From: an uncultured delta proteobacterium
GTDB lineage: Bacteria; Myxococcota_A; Polyangia; Polyangiales; Polyangiaceae
Direction of reading: 5' to 3'
DNA: 64,000 nt
Assembly (NCBI GenBank): GCA_963696385.1
Contig: CAVOKF010000004.1
Coordinates: 672,001 to 736,000 of the forward strand
The notes under the pieces are model-generated. The model saw nothing but the letters and a program-made list of their open reading frames with translations. It searched no databases and had not been told where the DNA came from. The position numbers and the translations under genes are program-made. This document shows, in pieces, positions 54,477 to 64,000 of this stretch (its first letter is position 1; every line of letters starts with the position of its first letter).

Positions 54477-56605
54477 TTATCTCTTCGACACGACGCTCCA
54501 GGTCAAGGCCTGCGCATCGCGCACGTCGTCGGTGCCAGGGCTTACCCGTCGATAGCGACCTTCTGCATCCATCTCGTAGACGCGGCAGGTGTCCAAATCG
54601 AGTGGCGCTTGGCATTCGCGACGCAAGCGATCGCACAGCGCTGGGCTCGTGACGGGAAACAGCAATTCGACGCGGCGATCGAGGTTTCGCGGCATCCAGT
54701 CCGCGGAGGCAAGAAAGAACTCCTCCTCGCCCAAAGGCCCGAAACCGTACAGTCGTTCATGTTCGAGGAATCTGCCGACGAGCGAGCGAACTCGTATTCG
54801 ATCCGAAACGCCCGGCATTCTCGGCCTTAGGCAGCAGATTCCGCGAACGACCAGATCGACTTCGACCCCGACTTGAGACGCTGCATACAGCGCGCGGATG
54901 ATCTCGGGGTCCACCAGCGCGTTGAGCTTGGCGAAGATTCTCGCCGCAAGGCCCGAGCGGGCGCGGTCGGATTGGGCCCCGATTTTTTCGAGGAAGGCGT
55001 GCCGCAGCCTCTTCGGTGCGACCGCGATCTTGCGATACGGGTAACTCCGCGAGAACCCCGACAGGGCGTTGAAGAGCTCCGATAGGTCATCGCCGATCTC
55101 GGTGTCGGCGGTGAGCAGGCCCACGTCCGTATAGAGCTTCGCCGTCGAGGCGTTGTAGTTGCCCGTCGACAGATGCACGTAGCGCCGAAGCTCGTCGCCT
55201 TCGCGCCGCACGACGAGCAAGGCTTTGGCGTGCGTCTTCAGCCCGCGCGATCCGTAGAAGACGTGCACGCCGGCCCGCTCCATGGCGCGGGCCCATCCGA
55301 TGTTGTTCTCCTCGTCGAAGCGGGCCTTCAGCTCGATCGATACGGCGACTTGTTTGCCGTTGTCCGCAGCGCGCACCAGCGTGCGGACGACCTCGGCGTT
55401 CGATCCGGCGCGGTAGAGGGTCATCTTGATCGCCAGCACGTTCGGATCGTCGGCGGCGAACGACAAGAGGTCGAGAACCGGTACGAACGACTCGTACGGA
55501 TGGTGCAGCAAGATGTCGTGTTCTCGAATCGCCTCGAATGGACTGTCGTGCGCAGCCCATTCGGGAGGAACGCGCGGCGGCAGCAGCGGGTCGCGCAGAT
55601 CCGGACGCGGCAGCGATGCGAGCGAGAACAGGGACGCGAAACCGAGCAGAGATCCGCACTCGTACAGGTCGTCGGGGTCGAGTTCGAGCTTTTCGAGCAA
55701 CAGCGTCCGAATCCGCTCGGGAACGCCCGGCGCGACCTCCAAACGAACGCCGGCGCCGAAGCGGCGCCTCCTCACCTCGCGGTCGACGAGCGCCAAGAGA
55801 TCGTCGGCCTCTTGCTCCAGGATTTCGAAGTCCATGTCTCGCGTGACGCGGAATGCATGAGATCCACGATCCGCATACCCGGGAATAAATCGCTCAGATT
55901 CGAGGCAATCACGTCTTCGAGCGGCACGAATTCGAGGTGCGCCGTGCCTTTGGCGTGCGGGTCCGCTGGTTCGTGGCCAAGGGGCACGAATCGCGGCAGG
56001 CTTTCGGGAACTTTGACGCGCGCGAAACGCCATTCGAGCGTAGTGGGCTCCTCGACTTCCACCGCGAGCGATAAAGATAGATTCGACAGAAATGGAAAGG
56101 GATGGAGGGGATCGACGGCGAGCGGAGTCAGGATCGGGAACACCGATTTGCGAAAATAGGCCCTGAGCCACTCGTGCTCCGAGGCGCTCAGCGAATGGGT
56201 GGGACGTATGCGGATTCCGGCGTTCGCGAGCGCCGGCAGGAGATCGCGCTCGAACAGGGCATCCGCTCGGGTGAGGTCGGCGAGCACCGTGTGACGGACC
56301 TGCTCGAGCTGCTCGGGGACCGACAGGCCGTCGGCCCCCGCAGTGGGAACGAGGGCCTCGAGCTGCTCGTGGAGACCCGACACGCGAATCATGAAAAATT
56401 CGTCCAAGTTCGAGCCGAAGATCGCCAAGAACTTCAGCCGCTCGAGCAGAGGCCATGCGTCGTCGCAGGCTTGGTCGAGTACGCGGGCGTTGAACGCCAG
56501 CCACGAAAGTTCTCGGTTAATGAAGAGGCGCGCATCGTCGACTGCGCCGGCCGGCTTGGGACTCGACGAAGCGACGGGCGCGCCTTCGCCGCCGGAGAGG
56601 GTCAT
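54477..56605 (-). CDS. ppk1: Polyphosphate kinase 1, one-base deletion frameshift near 55863
   Basis: NRELSWLAFNARVL, NLDEFFMIRV, HPFPF in frame 1; FRVTRD, LLHHPYESF, IKMTLYR, KTHAK, GRFLEH, SADWMPRNLDRRVE in frame 2. Confidence 0.93.
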
Positions 56606-56658
56606 GACCGACCGGTCGCAGACCTTTGCGACGAACCTGCGTGGATTTGTTCACGATG

Positions 56659-56673
56659 TGGCAAAAACGATGC
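56659..56673 (+). promoter_or_regulatory. Sigma54-like -24/-12 site upstream of peptide/di-heme genes
   Basis: TGGCAAAAACGATGC has correct GG-N10-GC spacing; partial consensus match only. Confidence 0.35.
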
Positions 56674-56774
56674 GTAGGCGGCGCTCCAGCGCCTCTTTGT
56701 GCGGGCCCGCCTCTATGTTAGGAGACCTGCAAGAGGTGCCACCTGAACGCCCACGGGGCAAGGATTGGAGACCC

Positions 56775-56927
56775 ATGAAGAGAACGCTGATTGCTGCGAC
56801 CCTTTTTCTTGCCCTGGGTGCGCTTGGGGTGGGGCTCGTTTTTGGCTCTGCCGGTCAGGCCCGCGCGGCGAGCCTCGCCGAGAGTCGGCTGAGTACCCCG
56901 TCGGACGGGGATGGCGGAGGTTGGTGA
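56775..56927 (+). CDS. 50-aa secreted peptide (Sec signal + about 19-aa mature part ending GGGW)
   Basis: GGAG RBS; MKRTLIAATLFLALGALGVGLVFGSAGQARA|ASLAESRLSTPSDGDGGGW. Confidence 0.65.
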   Translation: MKRTLIAATLFLALGALGVGLVFGSAGQARAASLAESRLSTPSDGDGGGW

Positions 56928-59022
56928 TCGCCTTGCGCGCGCCGGAGCGGCGCTCTCGCTCGCAGTCGCCGTAGGGAGCTGCACGCCGGGTTCAGGTCCC
57001 CATGTCCCGCCCGCGCCCGGGCCCGCGAAAGGTGCACGCGCGGAGGCGCTTTCGGACCGGCTGGCTGGGTTACGCGCTTGGGAGGGTGCGACCCGAGATC
57101 GCACCGACTTCGCTCGCGTGCGAACGTCCGACATCGCTCTCGGCACGGATCCCTACGTCATTCGGCGCATGGATGGCCCGAAAGGCGACGATCCAGCGCA
57201 GGCCGGGCGCTTCGTCGGCATTTTGCGTGGGCGCGGGGCGCTGGTGGAGCTCGATGAAGCCTTGCACGAGGTTCACCGGCTCGCAGCGCCGGGTTCCCCG
57301 AGCGGTCTGGCGGTCTCGCCGGCCGCGGTGTTTGCCGTCGGCGAGCTCTCCAGCCGCGTCGCGCGTTTCCGCAGCGTGCGCGGGCGCCTCGAGCCCGCGG
57401 GGTTCATCAATCTCCCCGGGGTTCGTGCGATGCGCGATGTCGCGACGGGCCCTGAGGGCGTCGTGTACATCGTTGAGGAGCACGATGGTCGGCTCGTGAC
57501 GTTGCGTCCCGGAAGCGATGACGAGGAGACCCCGGCGGCGCGGGTGGACGCCGTACTGTGCCAGGGTCCCATACACGTGCTGAGGGTGGCGAAGTTCCTT
57601 CTGGTGGATTGTCTCATCGACCATCAAGTGGTCATCCAGTCGGTCGATGCCCGCGGGTTCCCCGACCCTTCGACCGAGATCCGCATCGCCCGAGACGGTC
57701 CGATTTGGGGGATCGATGCTCTGCCGCGGGCGGACGGGTTGATGGTCGCTGTCGGAGCCGTCGAGGATCACCCGCTGGATCGCACTCAGGGGTCATTCGG
57801 CTTCATCGACTCATTCGTCGCGCTGTATGGGGTGGACAACGGCCGAGCGGCCAAGATCGGAGAAGTGAACGCGTCCGCCTACGGGCTTGTGACGCCCAAG
57901 GCATTGAAGGTCCTGCCTCTTCTCCCCTCCGGCGGGCTCGAAATCGTCGTCGCTGGTTATGGCTCCGATCGTCTCGCTCGGTTCGACTGGACGGATGCGA
58001 ATCCGCTTGGGTCGCCGACCGTCCAAATGCGCACCATCCCGCCGGGAGCCGCTATGATCGAAGCCGCCGGAGATGGATCCTGGCTCATCGCCGATCCGTT
58101 GATCGATTCGTGGGTGCGGGTCACATCGTCCGATACTGTCGTAATGCCCGTGGAGGACGACCTGTCGCGTCAGCGCACGGTCGACTCGAGGTTGGGTGAG
58201 GCACTCTTTTTCACCACGCTGATGGCGCCGTGGAACCGGTCGGACGGCCGTCTCAGTCGCTTCACGTGCGAGACATGCCACTTCGAAGGTTACGTCGATG
58301 GTCGCACCCACCGCACCGGTCGTGGCGATATCCTGGCGACGACGAAGCCGCTGGCCGGGCTGCTGAACAATCGACCCCACTTTTCGCGAGCTCTCGATCC
58401 GGACCTGACGACGATGGCGGACAACGAGTTTCGCGTTGCCGGAGCGAAGAGCGACCACGATCCATGGTTCGCTCTGTCGGCCGAGGACTTTCCGTGGATC
58501 CGCCGCCTCGGCGTGACCGGAACGACGCTCACCGCCGAAACTCTTCGACGCTCCCTCGTGAGTTTCTTCATGGATTTCACACCGCGGCCAAACCCTTCCG
58601 TCGAGGGTCGCACGCATTTTAGCGATCTCGAGCGTTCGGGTGCGATCGTTTTCCGGGACGAGTGCGAAGGTTGTCACCAAGCCCGTCTGGTGGCCGACGA
58701 CCCGTCGACCCGCGTTCCGTTCGAAGGATGGCAAGCTCTCGTGATGACGCCTCAAGGAGCGATCGTTTGGGCCCGTGCCGAATACGCGAAGACGGGGGTC
58801 ACGCCTTACGTCAACGAGCGTGGCGCACGGGTCGTTTCGCTGAGGCGCCTGTACAAGAAGCACCCGTATTTCACGAACGGAACCGCGAGGGACGTACGCG
58901 GGGTCCTCGATCGCGTTCGAGTGGCAGACACCCGCTTCTTCCACGAGGGCGGGTCCGAATCCGCGCGAAGCCTCTCGGAAGCGGAAAAAACGGCCTTGGC
59001 GGCATTTCTCGACTTGCTTTGA
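56911..59022 (+). CDS. Lipoprotein: beta-propeller + di-heme cytochrome c peroxidase/MauG-like domain
   Basis: Lipobox VGSC; YncE/YVTN-like strand repeats; GEALFF...CETCH, G..VF..ECEGCH, SLRRL...PYFTNG, E..AL.AFL..L. Confidence 0.8.
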   Translation: MAEVGDRLARAGAALSLAVAVGSCTPGSGPHVPPAPGPAKGARAEALSDRLAGLRAWEGATRDRTDFARVRTSDIALGTDPYVIRRMDGPKGDDPAQAGRFVGILRGRGALVELDEALHEVHRLAAPGSPSGLAVSPAAVFAVGELSSRVARFRSVRGRLEPAGFINLPGVRAMRDVATGPEGVVYIVEEHDGRLVTLRPGSDDEETPAARVDAVLCQGPIHVLRVAKFLLVDCLIDHQVVIQSVDARGFPDPSTEIRIARDGPIWGIDALPRADGLMVAVGAVEDHPLDRTQGSFGFIDSFVALYGVDNGRAAKIGEVNASAYGLVTPKALKVLPLLPSGGLEIVVAGYGSDRLARFDWTDANPLGSPTVQMRTIPPGAAMIEAAGDGSWLIADPLIDSWVRVTSSDTVVMPVEDDLSRQRTVDSRLGEALFFTTLMAPWNRSDGRLSRFTCETCHFEGYVDGRTHRTGRGDILATTKPLAGLLNNRPHFSRALDPDLTTMADNEFRVAGAKSDHDPWFALSAEDFPWIRRLGVTGTTLTAETLRRSLVSFFMDFTPRPNPSVEGRTHFSDLERSGAIVFRDECEGCHQARLVADDPSTRVPFEGWQALVMTPQGAIVWARAEYAKTGVTPYVNERGARVVSLRRLYKKHPYFTNGTARDVRGVLDRVRVADTRFFHEGGSESARSLSEAEKTALAAFLDLL

Positions 59023-59097
59023 CGCACACTCGTCGACATGACCCCTGGACTTGGTCTAAGGTCGCCTCGCTTGTTTTCGGAAGGGGTAATCAGAAAT

Positions 59098-59628
59098 ATG
59101 TTGAAGCAAAAATACGCAGGGGCGCTTGCACTTGTCGCGATCACGGGGGCGATCACGTGGGGGGGAGTCGTCGTCACCGGTTGCTCGTCCAGTGAGTCGA
59201 GCTCTCCCCCCGAGGACTCGGGGTTGGACCAAAGCGCTTCCGACGCGCCGAGCGATCAGGGAACGGGTTCCGAGACGACGGCCGACGCCTCCGATGCCGG
59301 CGTGAGCGACGCCTCCGACGGCGCGGTCGGCGATGCGTCCGATGCCGGCGTGAGCGATGCGTCCGATGGCGGCCACGGCGATGCGTCCGACGGCGAGGTC
59401 GGTGACGCCTCCGATGCCGGCGTGAGCGATGCGTCCGATGGCGGCCACGGCGATGCGTCCGACGGCGAGGTCGGCGACGCGTCCGACGGCGCGGTGGGCG
59501 ATGCGTCCGACAGCGGGGTGGGCGATGCGTCCGACAGCGGGGTGGGCGATGCGTCCGACAGCGGGGTGGGCGATGCGTCCGACAGCGGCAGCGACGCGCC
59601 CTCGGATGGCTCAGTCGAAGCCGACTAA
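59098..59628 (+). CDS. Acidic low-complexity repeat lipoprotein
   Basis: Lipobox VTGC followed by Ser-rich linker and DASDxxxx repeats. Confidence 0.75.
   Translation: MLKQKYAGALALVAITGAITWGGVVVTGCSSSESSSPPEDSGLDQSASDAPSDQGTGSETTADASDAGVSDASDGAVGDASDAGVSDASDGGHGDASDGEVGDASDAGVSDASDGGHGDASDGEVGDASDGAVGDASDSGVGDASDSGVGDASDSGVGDASDSGSDAPSDGSVEAD
59284..59592 (+). repeat. Coding tandem repeat, 24-nt unit x about 13 (DASDxxxG/S)
   Basis: Units such as GATGCGTCCGACAGCGGGGTGGGC; includes a 72-nt higher-order duplication. Confidence 0.92.
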
Positions 59629-59637
59629 CGGAAACGG

Positions 59638-59665
59638 GGCACCGGGCTGACAACAGCCCGGTGTC
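59638..59665. terminator. Hairpin between convergent genes
   Basis: GGCACCGGGCTG-ACAA-CAGCCCGGTGTC 12-bp stem; no clear U tract. Confidence 0.55.
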
Positions 59666-59727
59666 TCGCAATTTCCGCGTTTCGGGTTACCGGATCCGGC
59701 TGGCCGCTGTCCTGTCGCAGCCGGCCA

Positions 59728-60229
59728 TCACTTAATGAAGTATCCTGAAACGCGCCATCGCCCATCGCGTTCCTTGGTCGGCGTGACCGTCTCGATTGCA
59801 CCCGGCTTCTTTTCGAAGTGCGTGTCGAACTTGAGCACCACGTATTGTCCGTCCGGGGCGCCCGGCAGTGTCGTCGAGAATTTCGCCGTCTTGAGCGTTC
59901 GCGAGAATCACCTTGCCGAGCGGATCGCGCACTCCATGGACGGCCCTCTCCCAGCCCGCCTGGTCGAGGGTGCCTCTGAAGAGAGCCGCGGCCTCGCTGA
60001 AGCTCTGCCCGTTGTTGCCGGCGTCCACGAGAGCGAGCCAGGCTTCGGCCGCCGCGCGTGCAGCCTTCTCGTCCCCCGCGGTCGATGCATCGGCTGCGGC
60101 CGCCGGCGCCTCAGTCGTCTGAGCGTCGATTCCCGGCGATTTCCTCTCCGTACAGCCGCAGACCGCGAGCAGCGCCGCAACGGTGGCACGCAAGAGGTCC
60201 AGCCGGGCCCTCGCGCGTCGGTGAGCCAT
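59728..60229 (-). CDS. DUF4019-like lipoprotein, +1 frameshift near 59906
   Basis: AAEAWLALVDAG...VRDPLGKVI then, after removing one base, SRTLKTAKFSTTLPGAPDGQYVVLKFDTHFEKK...ETVT...DGRWRVSGYFIK. Confidence 0.8.
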
Positions 60230-60381
60230 TGCGCCGAGGCTAACTCCGCTCGCACGCCGGAGCAATAACAGGTTGGTTCGACCTCCGCTCTTGGTTCGCA
60301 CGTGCGCGGCCTTTGCGTCCGTTTGCGCCGTGCAGCAGCGCGTCCGGGGGGATGGATCCGGGGAACATACGAAACGGACCC

Positions 60382-61017
60382 CTACGGATTGCGGCGGACA
60401 GGGAACGACGCAAGAACCAGCTCGACGGCGCGGCTCAAGCGCCCATAGTCGACCGGTCCGGGATTGACCTCGGTACGAGCCGAGCCGTGCCAGACGAGTT
60501 GATGGGTTTCCCCATCGAACGCGTCGATCACGAATGCACCCTCGACGAGGTCTCCCTCCTCTTGGTCGAGCTCTCCGTGGTATTCCGATGTCCCCATGTC
60601 GGCGGGGCCCGGCACGTTGCCCGGGGTGTCGTTTGCGCGCGACGCCTCCGGCAAACCGGAGACGCCACCGCCGAGCGGCATGATCCCCGTGCCGGTCGGC
60701 ACCTCCACCTCGCGACGCCCGGCCTCGACTCTCACGACGAGATCGGCCTGATCGCGGGCGGCGAGTCGGTACCCTCGGCTCTGAAGAATTTCCGCGGCGA
60801 GCTGCCGGACGTGATCGCGCACATCGGCCGATCGAGGCGAGGCCGCATGGCCGGCAGGAGCCCGGCGGCTCACGTCGAAAGCGATCGTCCGGTACCGTTC
60901 GAAGTGGGCATCGGGCGATTGAATCGCGTGAACGTGGATCGCCGGTGCGCAGCCTGAGCCGCCGCTCATCAGCGCGGCGACCAGAACGAGAAGGGAGATC
61001 TTCACGGGGTGGGCCAT
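60382..61017 (-). CDS. DUF4136-like lipoprotein
   Basis: Lipobox GSGC, F..YRT, L..RGY, EGAFVIDAFD...LVWHG, LASFP. Confidence 0.8.
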   Translation of the reverse strand: MAHPVKISLLVLVAALMSGGSGCAPAIHVHAIQSPDAHFERYRTIAFDVSRRAPAGHAASPRSADVRDHVRQLAAEILQSRGYRLAARDQADLVVRVEAGRREVEVPTGTGIMPLGGGVSGLPEASRANDTPGNVPGPADMGTSEYHGELDQEEGDLVEGAFVIDAFDGETHQLVWHGSARTEVNPGPVDYGRLSRAVELVLASFPVRRNP

Positions 61018-61170
61018 CTTACGGCGTCTCACCGGATCCTGCTCGACGCGAGTACGGGCAACTCTGGCGCGTTTTTCCGCGCGCGGATGCGGCCGGCGTC
61101 CCGGCGGCCGGAACGAGACCTCGGGTCGGGCTCCCGGCTGGGAGGTCGGCCGGATCGGGCCAGCCCCGGT

Positions 61171-62085
61171 TCATTGGAGTCGCTCGAGAAGATCTTCACG
61201 TTCCAGCGCCAAGGCTCCGAGCGTCGTTCGGACCATGTCGAAGTGCTCCTCCAAGAGGTCGAGCCAATCTGCGACGCGAAACGTGAGCGCGCGTCCGCTC
61301 GTGAGCGCGCGCGCCTCCCACCCGAGGATCGGGTCTCCGAAAGCGGCGGCGCCGCACACGAAGTCGCCCGCGCGACCTCGCCACACGACCTGCGGAGCCG
61401 AGTGCACGGCTTCGACCTCTCCATCGAGAAGAAGCACGACTCGTCCGCCGGGATTTCCACGCTCGATCAAGATGTCGTCGCGGTCGAATGCCATGACCTC
61501 GGAGGCGACCGCGAGGTCGCTCAAGGTCTGCACCCCGGCACCGCGGAGCAGCGGCGCTTCCGTCAGCACGGCGAGCCGCTCGATCACGTCGAGCTGAAGG
61601 CCGGGCGGACAGGGCGGCGGCGCCCCGCGACGTGAATCGCCGCCCGCCGCCCAAAGTCTTTGCTCGAGCTCCGCCACGGTTCTCACCGATCCGAACACGG
61701 CTGATCGGGTCAGCGCGAAGCTCTCAGAAAGAAGCTCAATCCACGCTTCGGCCTGAACCTTCATCGCCTCGATGTCCGTGAGCGCGATCGCCGTCCGAAT
61801 GCGCGGCCGCTCGAGCAGAGCGTCGGACATGCCGAACACGGATCGGCTCTCGTAGGTCCATGGCGCGCTCCCCTCGCGCACGAGCCGCACACGGCCCTTA
61901 CGGAGGAAGTAGTAAAATTCGGGCGGGTCGCCCGCAGAAAACAGAGTCTCGCCGGCTTGGGCGATCTGCTCCTCGAGCAGGGAAGTCAAGCGATCGGTCA
62001 CCCAGGACTCCGTTACGCCCGCATGCGCGCCGAAGGCGGCCAGGAACAGCTCACGATGGATCCGCTCGAGCTCCACATCAGGCAT
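61171..62085 (-). CDS. Protein with two cyclic-nucleotide-binding-like domains
   Basis: GETLFSAGDPPEFYYFLRKGRV...FG...PRIRTAIA and LIERGN..G..VLLLDGEV...GDFV. Confidence 0.8.
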   Translation of the reverse strand: MPDVELERIHRELFLAAFGAHAGVTESWVTDRLTSLLEEQIAQAGETLFSAGDPPEFYYFLRKGRVRLVREGSAPWTYESRSVFGMSDALLERPRIRTAIALTDIEAMKVQAEAWIELLSESFALTRSAVFGSVRTVAELEQRLWAAGGDSRRGAPPPCPPGLQLDVIERLAVLTEAPLLRGAGVQTLSDLAVASEVMAFDRDDILIERGNPGGRVVLLLDGEVEAVHSAPQVVWRGRAGDFVCGAAAFGDPILGWEARALTSGRALTFRVADWLDLLEEHFDMVRTTLGALALEREDLLERLQ

Positions 62086-64000
62086 GGCCGGCCTCGGGCA
62101 GGTGCGACGGGTTCTCGGTGGCCGATAGGGACCGCTCTTTCGTGCAGGCCGCCGCAAGGCCAGCCAGGATCGGGTCGCGGTCACGCATGAGCGTGGCGAG
62201 GGCCTCATCGCGCCCGCGGGGAATCGCCGGCCCACCCAAAGAAGCCGCTCGCGCGGCGCGCTCCGGCAAAGACAGGTCCTCCGTAATCAGACGGAGCAGG
62301 GCGCGGAGCTGCTCTTGGTCGCGGTGTCTCAGTAGCGCATCGAGCAGCTCGCCGGCGTTGGCACGCGTGTACGGGTCGTCCGAGAGGCACGCGAGCCGCA
62401 CGCGCCGGAAGTCTTCGCGCGGGTGGGCGATGGCGAGGAGTCGAAAGACGCGCTCGATCGACTGGCGGAGCTTGTCGTCGAGGAGGCCATCGAGCAGCCG
62501 AGCGGCCGCCCCGGGATGGCCCTGCACGAGCGGGGCTGCGCCGAGAGCCACTCGACTTGCGAGCAAGCGGAAGTGCCGGGTGAGCGCGGCCCGAGCGATC
62601 CGTTCGACCCGGGCGCGATCCAACGGGATGCGCCTCTCCGTGACGAGAATCTCCAGTGCACGGATCGACTTGTAGCGGACGAGGCCGTCCTCCTCCGTTT
62701 CGATGTTGTCGAGAAGGTGCTCGGCCGCAGCCCTCGTGCCGAATCGCCCGAGCGTCTTTGGAAGGTGAATGCGGTCGCGGTGCGGTCGCGTCGTGTCGCG
62801 CAGCGCCCACCAGACGGCCTGCAGAGCGTCTTCCCCGAACGCGACGAGCGCGGCCCGGACCGCCTCGCGCCCCTCTCGCGCCGACAGGAGTTCGACCAGA
62901 CGAGGGATGAGCCGCGGGTCGCGCTGACGCGCGGCCGCCCGTGCGAGCAGCTCGGTGTGCTCGGGCGATGTGTCCGTGGAATCGCCGAGCGCCAAAAGGA
63001 GGCGCGACAGCGCCGGCGTCGGGGCGACGTCGGCGATGGCGGCCAGCATGCCGAGTCGCCCGCGGTCGCCCGAGTCGCCGACTTCGCGCAGTTGAGTGCG
63101 GAATCCGTTCGTCTTCCATCGCGTCCTCCATGGGGTCGCGCAGGGCCAGAACGACGGTCGCGTATCCGCGCACGCGTGAGCCGACGTCGTCTGCCAAACG
63201 TGCGACGTCGAGTTCGTTGTGCATCGCGAGCGCGCGGGCCGCCGCCATTCGGACGCCTTCACGACGATCTCCGAGCAATCGGTGCGCCAGGACCATCCAA
63301 TCGGTGCGCGTGGATGCCCCGAAGTGATCGAGGGCCTCGGTGAGCACCCGCTCGTCGGAGTGCAGCAGGATCAACGCCGGCACGAAGCCTTCGTGGCCGC
63401 GACGCGACAGGGCTTTCATCGCGCCGACCACCTCGAGGGGGTCCTCGCTCGCGAGGTGCTGGACGAGGATTTGCGCGCTCTCGAGGTCCAATGGCCCCGG
63501 GCTGTCTTGCCCCTGCAGAGAGCCGACCGTGACAGCCTTCCGGAGCAGAGCCAGATAAGGCTTGTGCATCGTCACGGCCACCGCGAGCCACGTACCGGCT
63601 AGTGCGGCGACGCCCCACGGAAGCAGCCACGGCGCCGTCGCCCAGGTCCCGCTCAGCGCCAGGAGCCCGGCCCCCGTGAGGGTCTGCGACGCACGCACCA
63701 GTGCGCCGTCGATCAACGGCTTGAAGTGTTGGCGTATCCGCACCGGCAGCGGCAGGTAGATGAGCTCTCCCGAGATGCGGTGCATCGAGTATCGTAGGGC
63801 GCCGTCGATCGCCTTCATCACGAGCACGGCGCTCAACGCGCCCCCGAACAAAACCACTTCTGCGGCGCCGAGCAGCAAGAGCACCGGCGTCACGATTACG
63901 GCTGCCGTGACGCCGAGACGCCGCACGACGGCGCTGCCCAGGAGTACCTGCACGATCAGCGAGAGAACGTTGAGCGCGAGATAGTAGCGGGCAATGAATG
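62078..64000 (-). CDS. Npt1/Npt2-like MFS transporter fused to HEAT repeats (5' end outside window; frameshift near 63102)
   Basis: TM region with DGALRYSMHR..ELIYLPLP...K..ID, followed by HEAT repeats (VRMAAARAL, VRYKSIRAL, TRANAGELL). Confidence 0.78.

Noticed and set aside
59284..59592. Regular repeats as a possible CRISPR array
   Set aside because: Contiguous in-frame 24-nt coding units, no unique spacers, no cas genes.
48418..64000. Integrative element or prophage at tRNA-Pro
   Set aside because: No integrase, phage genes or duplicated tRNA 3' end found in the window.

Overview
GC-rich chromosomal window whose gene content (PEGA, AgmX/PglI-like and FHA-GGDEF proteins, Asp/Ala/Gly-repeat lipoproteins) points to a myxobacterium, probably Polyangiales; this is inference. 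1-11.4 kb is a surface-glycosylation locus (rfbB/rfbD/rfbC, sugar C-methyltransferase, GT2, three GT-C-type membrane proteins). 11.5-48.5 kb is mostly housekeeping (apbE, CIRCE-groES-groEL, recD2, rplU-rpmA, dapAB, rsmD, truA, HtrA protease, secA, tRNA-Pro). 48.5-64 kb is accessory-looking (small DNA-binding protein, APC permease, RRM protein, ppk1, Npt1-like/HEAT/cNMP module). Best candidate for a new system: a 50-aa secreted peptide ending in ...SDGDGGGW overlapping a beta-propeller/di-heme (MauG/MbnH/bCcP-like) lipoprotein, followed by an acidic DASD-repeat lipoprotein (56.8-59.6 kb). Also notable: a ~200-nt structured intergenic element (47.4-47.6 kb), a histone-H1-like peptide nested in-frame in a response regulator, a PtsP-like protein lacking catalytic parts, and SecA with an apparent extra wing domain. 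Five frameshifts and one catalytic substitution all lie at or beside GATC, which suggests modification-linked sequencing errors rather than true pseudogenes. No CRISPR array, rRNA, integrase or transposase was seen.
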